From an uncultured Gammaproteobacteria bacterium (GTDB taxonomy: Bacteria; Pseudomonadota; Gammaproteobacteria; Ga0077554; Ga007554), in contig CAMTYI010000004.1 of assembly GCA_947085925.1 (NCBI GenBank), forward strand, positions 2,891-66,890: DNA of 64,000 bases. The letters run 5' to 3'. The translations under genes were made by a program, and so were the position numbers. Every line of letters starts with the position of its first letter. Within the stretch, counting starts at the first letter, position 1. The notes under the pieces were generated by a model. It was not told the origin of the DNA. It made no database searches and was given only the letters and a program-made list of their open reading frames with translations. Of this stretch, positions 53,844 to 63,180 are shown piece by piece.

Positions 53844-54600
53844 CCAGCTTACCCTGGCGCTACGGCCCCGCAACGCTTATGAGGCCATTGATTTAGGTTT
53901 TGTTGTGGCACGCGCCTACTGGAAACCGTTGTACATGATCTGGTTTTCTCTGCTGTTGCCCTTTTTTGCATTGCTGCAAATATTGGAGACCTACAACGTC
54001 TGGGTTGTAACCTTGGTGATATGGTGGTTAAAGCCGCTGTATGACCGCATAGCCCTGTTTGTTTATAGCCGTGCAGTATTCGGTGAGCTTCCTACGGTAC
54101 GTGAGACCTGGCGCGCCGTGCCGGGCTTTTTCCGCGCGGGACTTATTTCGGCATTAACCTACCGTCGTTTTGATCTTGCGCGGTCATTCACTCTTCCGGT
54201 GTTTCAGCTTGAGGGATTGCGGGGCCAGGCAAGGCGCGCGCGGCAAAATATATTGAATAAAAATATACGCCCCAAGGCGGTCTGGCTGGCCATCGCATGC
54301 GTGCATCTGGAAAGCGTGCTGATGTTATCGTTGGTGGCCTTTTTATATCTCATGACACCCCATTCGGCCCAAGGGCAAATCGGAGAATTTTTCTTTAGCA
54401 ATAACGGCCCTTTATGGTTTGGGTTGTTGACCAACGCCATTTATTTTATAGCGGTGAGCATCATCGAACCTTTTTATGTGGCGGCAGGTTTTGCGTTGTA
54501 TTTGAACCGGCGCACACAGCTCGAAGGATGGGATATCGAGTTGGCATTCCACGGTATCGCCGAGCGCGCCAGGCTTTTGGAAAAGAGCCAAGCCACATGA
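53833..54600 (+). CDS. hypothetical polytopic membrane protein
   Basis: Multiple hydrophobic segments. Overlaps both neighbours (11 nt and 4 nt). Confidence 0.45.
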   Translation: MQINQLTLALRPRNAYEAIDLGFVVARAYWKPLYMIWFSLLLPFFALLQILETYNVWVVTLVIWWLKPLYDRIALFVYSRAVFGELPTVRETWRAVPGFFRAGLISALTYRRFDLARSFTLPVFQLEGLRGQARRARQNILNKNIRPKAVWLAIACVHLESVLMLSLVAFLYLMTPHSAQGQIGEFFFSNNGPLWFGLLTNAIYFIAVSIIEPFYVAAGFALYLNRRTQLEGWDIELAFHGIAERARLLEKSQAT

Positions 54601-55343
54601 GAAATTTTGATCCGCGCTGGTTCCGCATGGTGTTGTGTTCACTGGTAGCCTTTTGCTTTTTGGTGGCACAACCCATTCGGGCAGAAGATCGACAACCGAC
54701 GTCGGCAGAAATCAAAAAGACCATCACCGAAATCCTTGGAAAGCCCGAATTCAAAACGCAGGAGATGCAGAAAAAATTGCGCTACATGGGCAAGAAGAAC
54801 GAGCGGGATCAAAGCAGTGACTCATGGGTGCAGGGTCTCGCGGAGTTTATTGGGTATCTCGCTTCATTTCTCGAATTTATATTATGGTTGTGTGTTTTCA
54901 TTATTATAGTTTTGGTGATTGTTTATAGAGATCGCTGGTTGAGGCTGTTTCCATCAGCGTCAGCATCACTCTTTTCAAAATCCACCGTCCCCAACGTGTT
55001 GTTTGGCCTGGATGTCCGCCAGGAATCCTTGCCCGCCGATATTCCGGGCGAGGCGAGGTTTTTGTGGTCACGCGGTAAAACCACGGAAGCCATGAGCCTG
55101 TTATACAGAGGCGCACTGGCAAGGCTGATTATTCGTCATGGTGTTGCCATTTCTGGCAGTGCCACTGAGGGCGAATGCCTGCAACGTGTTAGCCAGACCG
55201 CACACACTGAGCTTGCACAGTATTTTGGCATGTTGACCCACGCCTGGCAGATAACGGTGTATGCGCACCGCCTCCCCGAAGACGGCGCAGTGCGGGCGCT
55301 TTGCGAGGGATTCAGTCATCACTTTGAGACAACTGCATCATGA
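54597..55343 (+). CDS. DUF4129-like membrane-anchored protein
   Basis: Start reassigned to ATG 54597 (MRNFDPRWFRMVLCSLVAFCFLVAQPIRA signal/anchor) within the longer track ORF. C-terminal LLYRGALARL...TEGECL region. Confidence 0.5.
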   Translation: MRNFDPRWFRMVLCSLVAFCFLVAQPIRAEDRQPTSAEIKKTITEILGKPEFKTQEMQKKLRYMGKKNERDQSSDSWVQGLAEFIGYLASFLEFILWLCVFIIIVLVIVYRDRWLRLFPSASASLFSKSTVPNVLFGLDVRQESLPADIPGEARFLWSRGKTTEAMSLLYRGALARLIIRHGVAISGSATEGECLQRVSQTAHTELAQYFGMLTHAWQITVYAHRLPEDGAVRALCEGFSHHFETTAS

Positions 55344-56485
55344 ATGCACGCACGCTGATCACGGGCGCGGTTGTCATTGGCCTGTCGGTGTGGGCGGGAT
55401 TCTGGTTTTACAATAATTTTGGTTGGGTAGATGAAAAGGCTGAGATTGGTTATCAAGGGGAGGCAAAAGAAAATTCATTTCTGGCAGCGCAGCGGCTGAT
55501 CGTCGCCTTGGGAGGTACAGCCCAGTCTGTGCGCGGCATGCCCAATATTCCACCGCAGGGCACCACGCTGGTAATGCCAACATTGCGGTATAGCCTGGGG
55601 CCAAAGTCTATCGGGGCGTTGCTGAGCTGGGTCGCTACGGGCAACCATCTCGTAGTGGCTACTCATGGTGAGTATTACACCGAGGATAAGAAAGATATTT
55701 TGCTCGATGCCTTGGGCATTTCCGAAATTAACGCCAGGGCCAAAGGTGACTACAAAGTAAAACATATCAACGCAGAAATATATAAGGTTCCCACCGTTGA
55801 TATTTCCGGCAACGGTGAGTTATTTCAGGTTGATTTTGATGCCTTGCACAGGCTGACAAGCAAACAGGCGGCACTCTGGAAGATCGAGGATAGCGCCGGC
55901 GCCTATCTTGTGCGGGTGAAGCACGGTAATGGCAGGGTTACCGTAATGAGCGATTATGGTTTTATGGAGAATTATGCTATCGGAAAATACGACCACGCCG
56001 CGTTCATGGCCCGCGTTCTTGATGTGCGTCCGGGTGGTGCAGTATGGCTGGTCTACAGTGAAGACATGCCGTCTCTCCCGCAATGGTTGGCCCTACATGC
56101 CTGGCAGGTATTAATCAGTGGTGCGCTGTTGCTGATGGTGTGGCTATGGGCGGCGAGCCGCCGCTTCGGTGTGTTGCTGCCAGAACCGGTCATGGAACGG
56201 CGCAGTTTGCTGGAACACATTACAGCAGGGGGGCACTTTCTATGGCGGCACGGCGGAGAGTCTGCATTGCTGATGCGCGTGCGCGCATCTGTGAAGCAGG
56301 CAATTTTCCTGCGTTACCCGCGATGGGCGAGCATGTCTGATGAACAGCTCTATGTTGAGTTGTCCCTGTTATGTGGGCTGAGTCCGCAACAGATTCAAAA
56401 AGCGCTTGATCTTCCTGTGTACGGAAATCAGCACGAGTTTACTAGCGTAATAAAAAACATGGAAATAATAAGGAGGAAGCTGTGA
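55340..56485 (+). CDS. DUF4350-like protein with N-terminal TM anchor
   Basis: TM anchor followed by a soluble domain. Start ATGA-overlaps the previous stop. Confidence 0.45.
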   Translation: MNARTLITGAVVIGLSVWAGFWFYNNFGWVDEKAEIGYQGEAKENSFLAAQRLIVALGGTAQSVRGMPNIPPQGTTLVMPTLRYSLGPKSIGALLSWVATGNHLVVATHGEYYTEDKKDILLDALGISEINARAKGDYKVKHINAEIYKVPTVDISGNGELFQVDFDALHRLTSKQAALWKIEDSAGAYLVRVKHGNGRVTVMSDYGFMENYAIGKYDHAAFMARVLDVRPGGAVWLVYSEDMPSLPQWLALHAWQVLISGALLLMVWLWAASRRFGVLLPEPVMERRSLLEHITAGGHFLWRHGGESALLMRVRASVKQAIFLRYPRWASMSDEQLYVELSLLCGLSPQQIQKALDLPVYGNQHEFTSVIKNMEIIRRKL

Positions 56486-57477
56486 CTGAGCCGCTCATGA
56501 GTGCTGGCGTTCCGCAGGAAAAAGTAGATAAAGCCCATACAATTATCCAGCGCATGCGTACCGAAATTGGCAAGGCGATAGTCGGCCAGGTTGAAATGGT
56601 TGATCAAGTGCTCATCGCGCTGTTCGCGGCAGGCCATGTATTGATCGAAGGCGTGCCGGGACTGGGGAAAACATTGTTGGTGCGGGCGATTGCCAAAACC
56701 TTTGAAGGTAACTTTTCGCGCGTCCAGTTTACGCCGGACTTAATGCCCTCGGATATTACCGGCCATGCAATGTATAACCTTGAAAACGGACAATTCCATG
56801 TGCGTAAGGGCCCGGTGTTTACCAATTTACTGCTGGCGGATGAAATAAATCGCGCCCCGGCCAAAACCCAGGCGGCCTTGCTCGAAGTGATGCAGGAAAA
56901 TCAGGTGACCATTGAGGGGCAAAGTTATATGTTGGCCCCACCTTTTATGACGCTCGCCACTCAAAACCCCATCGAGCAAGAGGGCACATATCCCTTGCCG
57001 GAGGCGCAGCTTGATCGCTTTTTGTTGAAAGTTTTAATGGAGTATCCCTCGCAGCAAGAAGAAAGGCTTATGTTGAATCAAGTAACATCCGGGCAGGTGG
57101 GTGACACGCTTAATGTTGATCAAGTGTCGGCGGTGGTCAATCCCGCGACGATTCAAACTATTCAGCGCCTTGTTTCCATGTTGCGTGTAGATGAGCGGGT
57201 ACGCGATTACGCGGTCAGCATAGTGCGTGCTACGCGCGAATGGCCTGGTATTTCCGTAGGCGCCGGACCAAGAGGCGGCATTGCTTTAATTCGTGCCGCG
57301 CGTGCTGCGGCGCTGTTAAAGGGACGAGATTTTGTAACGCCGGATGATGTGAAAGCCATAGCCCCGGCTGCTTTGAGGCACCGTTTGATATTGGAGCCTG
57401 ATCTGGAAATAGAAGGCCATGACACGGATGATGTATTAAAGGCCTTGCTCGATAAGGTTGACTCCCCGCGGACATGA
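56482..57477 (+). CDS. MoxR-family AAA+ ATPase
   Basis: VGQVEMVDQVLIALFAAGHVLIEGVPGLGKT Walker A, Walker B LLADEINRA, and C-terminal AAA lid. Confidence 0.9.
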   Translation: MTEPLMSAGVPQEKVDKAHTIIQRMRTEIGKAIVGQVEMVDQVLIALFAAGHVLIEGVPGLGKTLLVRAIAKTFEGNFSRVQFTPDLMPSDITGHAMYNLENGQFHVRKGPVFTNLLLADEINRAPAKTQAALLEVMQENQVTIEGQSYMLAPPFMTLATQNPIEQEGTYPLPEAQLDRFLLKVLMEYPSQQEERLMLNQVTSGQVGDTLNVDQVSAVVNPATIQTIQRLVSMLRVDERVRDYAVSIVRATREWPGISVGAGPRGGIALIRAARAAALLKGRDFVTPDDVKAIAPAALRHRLILEPDLEIEGHDTDDVLKALLDKVDSPRT

Positions 57478-58778
57478 AGCCCGCCAAAAACCTTTTCCTG
57501 TTGTTATGGCTATGGCTTGCCTTGGCAGTAGCCGCGTCCGTGTTTCCCGTGCTTTCAGTAGTGTGGCTGGTCATGGGCGCCGTGATTATGATCGTCGCCT
57601 TATTTGATGGCCGCACTGTTTTGCATATAAAACAGCTTTATGCCAGACGCCAGTTGCGCGGCTCCTTGCCCGTGAATGTATGGCGCACCATCAAAGTACG
57701 GATTGCCAACGCCTATAAAAAACCCGTTTCACTTACCCTTTATGACCACCATCCTACGCAGGCAGAAAGCCGCAAGCTACCCCAGGCGATGGTGATACAG
57801 CCCGATGGGTGGGGCGAAGCAAACTATCAGGTACGATTACTGCGGCGTGGCGACCAACGCTTCGGTGCGACAGAGGCCTTGTTGCTTTCACCCTTGAGAC
57901 TATGGCAGCGCAAAGTGATGCTGGGGGAGCCGCAAGCTGTGCGCGTCTATCCCGATTTCGCGGCGGTGGCAAAGTATGCCTTGCTGGCGACCGATCACCA
58001 ACTGAGCCAGATGGGCATACGCAAACGCAGGCGGCGCGGCATGGGACTGGAGTTTCATCAACTGCGTGAATACCGGGACGGCGACACTTTGCGTCAGGTG
58101 GACTGGAAGGCCACGTCCCGCATGAATAAATTGATCTCTCGCGAATATCAGGATGAGCGTGATCAACAGATCGTATTCCTTTTTGATGGAGGGCGCCGCA
58201 TGCTGGCCCAAGATGGCGCCCTTTCGCATTTTGATCACGCCCTGAATGCCATGCTTTTGCTGGCGCATGTCGCACTGCGCCAGGGCGATGCCGTAGGCAT
58301 GATGAGCTTTGCCGACGAAGCACGCTACTTGCACCCAAAAAAAGGAAGCGCCACCTTAAATCAACTTATGAATCGCCTGTATGACATGCAACCCATGTTA
58401 AAAACTCCAGACTATGTACTTGCGGTGACAGAATTGATGAAGAAACTCAGGAAACGTTCTCTAGTGGTGCTAGTGACCAATCTACGTGATGAAGACAGTG
58501 ATGAGCTAATGGTCGCGCTGAATTTGCTCAAGAAGCGTCACCTGGTGCTACTGGCGAGCCTGCGTGAAATGGTCATTGGTGATACCTTGAGGAAACCTGT
58601 GGACAATTTTAACGATGCCCTGACGCTCGCGGCCACGCATCACTACCTGGGCTCGCGTGAGAAAGCGTTTGAGCAGATAAAGCATGCCGGGGTTTTCTGT
58701 CTGGATGTCGAACCGGCAAAGCTGCCAGTGGCAATGGTGAACAGATATCTGGAAATCAAGCGCAGCGGTCGGTTGTGA
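57474..58778 (+). CDS. DUF58 (vWA-like) protein, MoxR partner
   Basis: Hallmark LEFHQLREYRDGDTLRQVDWKATSR motif and vWA-like core (VFLFDGGRRM). Confidence 0.85.
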   Translation: MKPAKNLFLLLWLWLALAVAASVFPVLSVVWLVMGAVIMIVALFDGRTVLHIKQLYARRQLRGSLPVNVWRTIKVRIANAYKKPVSLTLYDHHPTQAESRKLPQAMVIQPDGWGEANYQVRLLRRGDQRFGATEALLLSPLRLWQRKVMLGEPQAVRVYPDFAAVAKYALLATDHQLSQMGIRKRRRRGMGLEFHQLREYRDGDTLRQVDWKATSRMNKLISREYQDERDQQIVFLFDGGRRMLAQDGALSHFDHALNAMLLLAHVALRQGDAVGMMSFADEARYLHPKKGSATLNQLMNRLYDMQPMLKTPDYVLAVTELMKKLRKRSLVVLVTNLRDEDSDELMVALNLLKKRHLVLLASLREMVIGDTLRKPVDNFNDALTLAATHHYLGSREKAFEQIKHAGVFCLDVEPAKLPVAMVNRYLEIKRSGRL

Positions 58779-58955
58779 TTTTGGCTGCGGGCTGCTTGAG
58801 GAGTGGCGTATGTACAATGATGCAAGGTGATGCACATAGGTGAAACCAGTAGTGTCAGGAAATTTAGTTGAATAAATTCAGTTTGTTATCGTTTTTTTGC
58901 GTAGCCATTTGCATCTCCTATTTGTTGCTAACATGTATTTTTCGTTGGGTCGCGA

Positions 58956-58982
58956 GATAAAAATGATTGACAATCATTCTCA
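58956..58982. promoter_or_regulatory. Fur-box-like palindrome overlapping the -35 of a TTGACA-N18-TATAAAT promoter upstream of bfd
   Basis: GATAAAAATGATTGACAATCATTCTC with perfect inverted repeat AATGATTG-A-CAATCATT. -35 TTGACA at 58967-58972 and -10 TATAAAT at 58991-58997. Confidence 0.4.
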
Positions 58983-59028
58983 TTTGCATTTATAAATAGC
59001 ATCAGGTTGTTTCACTGGGTGATCCATA

Positions 59029-59223
59029 ATGTACATCTGCCTTTGCCATGCCGTAACCGAAAGCGATATCCAGAACGCCGTGGAGCAGGGCGCCTGCACC
59101 ATGCGCGAGCTGCGTAATGAATTAAAGGTGGCCACCCAGTGCGGACGCTGCGCCACCTGCGCACGAACCTGCCTTAACCAGGCGCTTGCCGAAATTGCGG
59201 GCGATCAGGTGATGGCCGCCTAA
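59029..59223 (+). CDS. bfd: bacterioferritin-associated ferredoxin (Bfd-like [2Fe-2S] protein)
   Basis: 64 aa with a C-x-C...C-x2-C pattern (ICLCHAV...CGRCATC). Confidence 0.8.
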   Translation: MYICLCHAVTESDIQNAVEQGACTMRELRNELKVATQCGRCATCARTCLNQALAEIAGDQVMAA

Positions 59224-59338
59224 CAAACGGTCAGGCTTGAGGGTTGTAGCGCGCAGTCGGCAACCCTGTAAGCTGCTGAAGAAATAGCCACGTATTCTTG
59301 GTGACAGTAACTAATCGAGCAGCGTTGAGATTTTATCC

Positions 59339-59941
59339 ATGCTCAAAATCGGCTTGACTGGCGGCATTGGTAGCGGCAAAACTACGGTGGCGGATTGCTT
59401 CGCTTTATTGGGTGTGCCGGTCATCGACGCCGACAAGATATCCCACGAATTGACTGCCCCCGGACAACCGGTGTTGCGGGACATCGTCAGCATCTTTGGG
59501 CCGGATATCCTGAAGGACGATGAACGGCTCGACCGGGCGCGGTTGCGCGCCGTCGTTTTCAATGATGCTATGCGCCGCAAGCAGCTTGAGGAAATCCTGC
59601 ACCCCCGGATCCGCGCCGAGATGCGTCGCCGCATCGCCGATATCGAAGCAAGCGCCACTCCTTATTGCATTCTCTCCATCCCTCTGCTGCTGGAAACCGG
59701 ACAAACCGATCTGGTGGACCGCGTTCTGGTGGTGGACGTCCCAGAAGACCTGCAATACCAGCGCGTGAGAGTACGCAATGGTCTGCCGGATGATGAAATC
59801 GCCGCAATCATCCATGCCCAACTCAGCAGGGAACAGCGCCTGGCGGCAGCGGACGATATCATTGCCAATGATGGCGGACTTGATGAGCTGCGCCAGCATG
59901 TCTTGGGGTTGCACCGGCGCTATCTAAAACATTTGGGTTAG
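59339..59941 (+). CDS. coaE: dephospho-CoA kinase
   Basis: IGLTGGIGSGKTTVA P-loop and the full-length CoaE pattern. Confidence 0.9.
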   Translation: MLKIGLTGGIGSGKTTVADCFALLGVPVIDADKISHELTAPGQPVLRDIVSIFGPDILKDDERLDRARLRAVVFNDAMRRKQLEEILHPRIRAEMRRRIADIEASATPYCILSIPLLLETGQTDLVDRVLVVDVPEDLQYQRVRVRNGLPDDEIAAIIHAQLSREQRLAAADDIIANDGGLDELRQHVLGLHRRYLKHLG

Positions 59942-60081
59942 ATTTTTCATGCTGCGGGGCGTGCTTCCGGCCGCCGAGTGTCACCTCGCCACGACGTAAT
60001 TTTTTTACGCTATTATTCCTAATGTTTTACACTCCGTGTTTATTTATTCAAATTATCAGGTATAGTGCCTAAGCTTCGGTG

Positions 60082-60873
60082 ATGACTAGCGAATCGGTAA
60101 TCTTCGTGCAGAAAAAAATTACTTACGAACAACCGCTGAATGAACGGATCCGCACCTTTTTGCGGCTCGAATTCCTGTTTCAACAGGCGCGCGCCCATCT
60201 GGAAGGAAATTCAATATGGGACAGCCGCGCGACGCTTACCAGCATTCTGGAAATGCTGAGCATCTTTAGTCGTGCCGATCTCAAGACTGAGGTCATGAAG
60301 GAGCTTGAGCGGCAAATTATCGTATTGGAACGGCTGGAGCAGAATCCGGGTGTTGATCGCCAAAGGCTAAGCTTGCTGCTCAGTGAAATGGACGGATTCA
60401 TTGATCATCTGCACGCCAGCAAGGGGCAGATTGGTCACGAATTGCGGCAGAATGAATTTCTCAATAGCATCCGGCAACGTAGCAGTATCCCTGGTGGCAC
60501 ATGCGATTTCGATCTCCCCGCGTATCACTACTGGCTGCAACAGCCTACTGGGATGCGCAGACAGCAGCTTGAGCAATGGCTCAAACCCTTCAGCGTTATC
60601 GCGCAATCCATTGGTCTGATTCTGCGGCTGATCCGCGACAGTGCCCCACCGGCAAAGGAAATCGCCCAAACGGGGTTTTTTCAAAAAACCCTGGAGCCGA
60701 CACCCCCATGCCACATCGTGCGTGTTACCGTGTCGGCGGACAGCCCCTATTTTGCCGAGATCAGCGGCGGCAAACACCGCTTCACAGTGCGCTTTATGGA
60801 GCAACGGATAGATGAGCGTCCGGTTCAGACCATGGGGGATGTGGACTTTGAGTTGACCTGCTGCACCATATGA
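60082..60873 (+). CDS. zapD: cell division protein ZapD
   Basis: Near full-length similarity to E. coli ZapD/YacF ([21 protein letters not shown]...[20 protein letters not shown]...FELTCC). Confidence 0.85.
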   Translation: MTSESVIFVQKKITYEQPLNERIRTFLRLEFLFQQARAHLEGNSIWDSRATLTSILEMLSIFSRADLKTEVMKELERQIIVLERLEQNPGVDRQRLSLLLSEMDGFIDHLHASKGQIGHELRQNEFLNSIRQRSSIPGGTCDFDLPAYHYWLQQPTGMRRQQLEQWLKPFSVIAQSIGLILRLIRDSAPPAKEIAQTGFFQKTLEPTPPCHIVRVTVSADSPYFAEISGGKHRFTVRFMEQRIDERPVQTMGDVDFELTCCTI

Positions 60874-61076
60874 TGTTGTCGTCCCCGCCGAAAAAAACCG
60901 TTGTTACCTGCCCCACATGCGGCAAAACCGTGGAATGGGCGCCGGAGCAGCGCTGGCGACCGTTTTGCAGCGAACGCTGCCGGCTCATCGACCTGGGCGA
61001 ATGGGCAAGCGAGTCATACCGCGTCCCGGTCGAGGAACAGACACCCGCTGATGATGCGGAGACGGAAAAGCAGTGA
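60870..61076 (+). CDS. yacG: DNA gyrase inhibitor YacG (zinc finger)
   Basis: CPTCGK...[17 protein letters not shown] matches YacG. Confidence 0.85.
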   Translation: MMLSSPPKKTVVTCPTCGKTVEWAPEQRWRPFCSERCRLIDLGEWASESYRVPVEEQTPADDAETEKQ

Positions 61077-61176
61077 TGAGCGGAGGGGGGACGTTCACCC
61101 CCCAGGCTCACGAAGCCGTAAGTTATGTTTCTTTGAACATCCATGTTGAGTAAAAAATAACCGCCTGGGGGCTATT

Positions 61177-62721
61177 ATGAATAACAAACGCATGTCTGCT
61201 ACGTCAATGGCAGGAGTTTTGGTTGTAAGTCTGACGGCTTGCGGAGGAGGTGGCGGCGACAACAATCCCGGTAATCTCCCCTCAAATACCGGCCCCAGCG
61301 AACCAACGGCCACCTATCTTTTCTACCAAGGCTCCCTTGGGGCGGTAGACCCCGCCAATCCCGCCAGCCCAATCTCTGTCGAAGCCGGCCCCGTCTCCGG
61401 CGCGGCGACGATTATCCATGGAACATATACGGCCGCCACGCACAGCGTGTCTGATCTTCATCCGCGCACTGCTGTCTATGCCAAGGATGGAAAATTGTGG
61501 AAAGTCAGCGCATTGAAAGGAAGTACCCCAGCGCCTGTCCGGCTTTCCAGTGAGGACGGGGCTAACACAGTGTGCGATCACACCACGGAAGTAGACTTTG
61601 TCAATCACAATAATGCCGCGTACATCTACTTGTTGCCGGGTTCGGACGCAACATGTTACACCGCCGATGACACGCGGAAAATGGTGAAAGTGGGAATGAG
61701 TGGCACGGAGGCGCCGATTGATCTCAAAACCAAACGGCTGGTAACTGCCATTATGAATTCACAAACCGGCGCCTTGCAGGGCTGGCTGGCAACCGACGGG
61801 GGCAGCCTCAGCCGCTACGACGCAAACTTTGGCAACGCTGTACAGATTGCTAATTTCAGTGTCGGTGCGGAGGAAGTGGCAACTTCGGGGGCCAATAGGG
61901 TGTTTTTGAAAATCGACGATAAATTGCGCATGTACAATGCCGAGACAGGCAACCTGTCCGCGCCGCTACATACCTATACATCGAGTACCGTCCCTGATTA
62001 TTCGGCACATGATATCAATCATGTCTTTTTTGTTGATGGAGCGACCATATACAAATTACCCACCGATGGCAGCGTAATGGCCACGCCGTTTACCACGGAA
62101 AGCGGGGCTGGATTTTACAAGCCCCCGGAGTTAACAGCCAATAGATTGGTTTACATATGGGCTAGTGCGGCGGACACCGCAAACCTCACCTATACCATGA
62201 AATCTTCACTGAAGAGCACCGGGGCAACTACAGTTCTCATTGATGCCACACCGAACATATTGACGTCGGCTGGCGCCAGCAAGGGCGGCTGGGTTTACTA
62301 CTACCGATATAACAGTGCAGGTACAGGTACTGCATATGCGGGGGCAATCAGAGAGGACAGTACTGGCAAAAACGAGAGACCGAATGCTTTCTGGGTTGGG
62401 TTCATATCGCCAGCTTCAGGGCACATAGATGAAACCACAGAACCTAAAAACGTGATTCTTGCGGAAGGTTATCAGCCAGCAACAGGCTTTGCCAACGGCT
62501 CACTCACATCCTTCGATGCGCTGACCAACACCCCGGTGGCTAATCTCGGAACCATTCCTTCGGGCGTACTTGACTTCCAATTTTACGGGCGTGGCGACTA
62601 CATATTAGGCAGGGGCTTCCTCGCTGCCGGAGGAAACGACATCTTCTTCATCAATACTGCAAAACAAAGCTCGCTCACGCGAGTAACAAACACATCTGCG
62701 ATCGACGAGTTCCCTATGTGA
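61177..62721 (+). CDS. hypothetical lipoprotein, 514 aa
   Basis: Signal peptide with lipobox LTAC, then a Gly-rich linker (CGGGGGDNNPG). Rich in T/S/G/A/N. No recognisable family. Confidence 0.55.
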   Translation: MNNKRMSATSMAGVLVVSLTACGGGGGDNNPGNLPSNTGPSEPTATYLFYQGSLGAVDPANPASPISVEAGPVSGAATIIHGTYTAATHSVSDLHPRTAVYAKDGKLWKVSALKGSTPAPVRLSSEDGANTVCDHTTEVDFVNHNNAAYIYLLPGSDATCYTADDTRKMVKVGMSGTEAPIDLKTKRLVTAIMNSQTGALQGWLATDGGSLSRYDANFGNAVQIANFSVGAEEVATSGANRVFLKIDDKLRMYNAETGNLSAPLHTYTSSTVPDYSAHDINHVFFVDGATIYKLPTDGSVMATPFTTESGAGFYKPPELTANRLVYIWASAADTANLTYTMKSSLKSTGATTVLIDATPNILTSAGASKGGWVYYYRYNSAGTGTAYAGAIREDSTGKNERPNAFWVGFISPASGHIDETTEPKNVILAEGYQPATGFANGSLTSFDALTNTPVANLGTIPSGVLDFQFYGRGDYILGRGFLAAGGNDIFFINTAKQSSLTRVTNTSAIDEFPM

Positions 62722-62849
62722 AGCATGCCCCCTGTGTATGCAGGTCAATCGCGCTACCATCGCGACGGCCTGCAAACCCAGCCATTTCCCCGTCGGGCAA
62801 CCAACACTTGACGCTTCTCTCCGCCAACCTCTACAATTCGCCCTTCGCT

Positions 62850-63050
62850 TCAGGTGGCCCGAAGGCATTCGCCCAAGGGCTTAAACGGGAAGCCGGTGTG
62901 TTCCGCCTCACGGTGTGAGAACAAAGCCGGCGCTGCCCCCCGCAACGGTATGCGAGTCAAAGAGTAGCAACACGCCACTGTGCATTGCATGGGAAGGCGC
63001 TGCTCCTGGGAATTTTCCCGCTCGTAAGCCCGGAGACCGGCCTGCTGCGT
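62850..63050 (+). ncRNA. cobalamin (AdoCbl) riboswitch
   Basis: Conserved blocks GGGAAGCCGGTG, GCTGCCCCCCGCAACGGTA, GCCACTG and GGGAAGGCG, and the B12 box AAGCCCGGAGACCGGCC (63026-63042). Lies 5' of a btuB-like gene. Confidence 0.75.
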
Positions 63051-63180
63051 TGTGATGACATTGCGGAGGGCGATGTCCGGGCGTTCAGGTGCTATCCCTG
63101 TTTTTCCTGACTATTTTCCTCTTGCGTGTCTTATGTTCTAACCCGCCGTCGCGCGCTTGTGCGAGAGAGGAATACATTCA

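Noticed and set aside
61080-61100. GGGGGG-ACGTTCA-CCCCCC hairpin right after the yacG stop as a terminator
   Set aside because: It is followed by AGGCTCACG, not a U-run. It is mentioned only in context of the lipoprotein finding.
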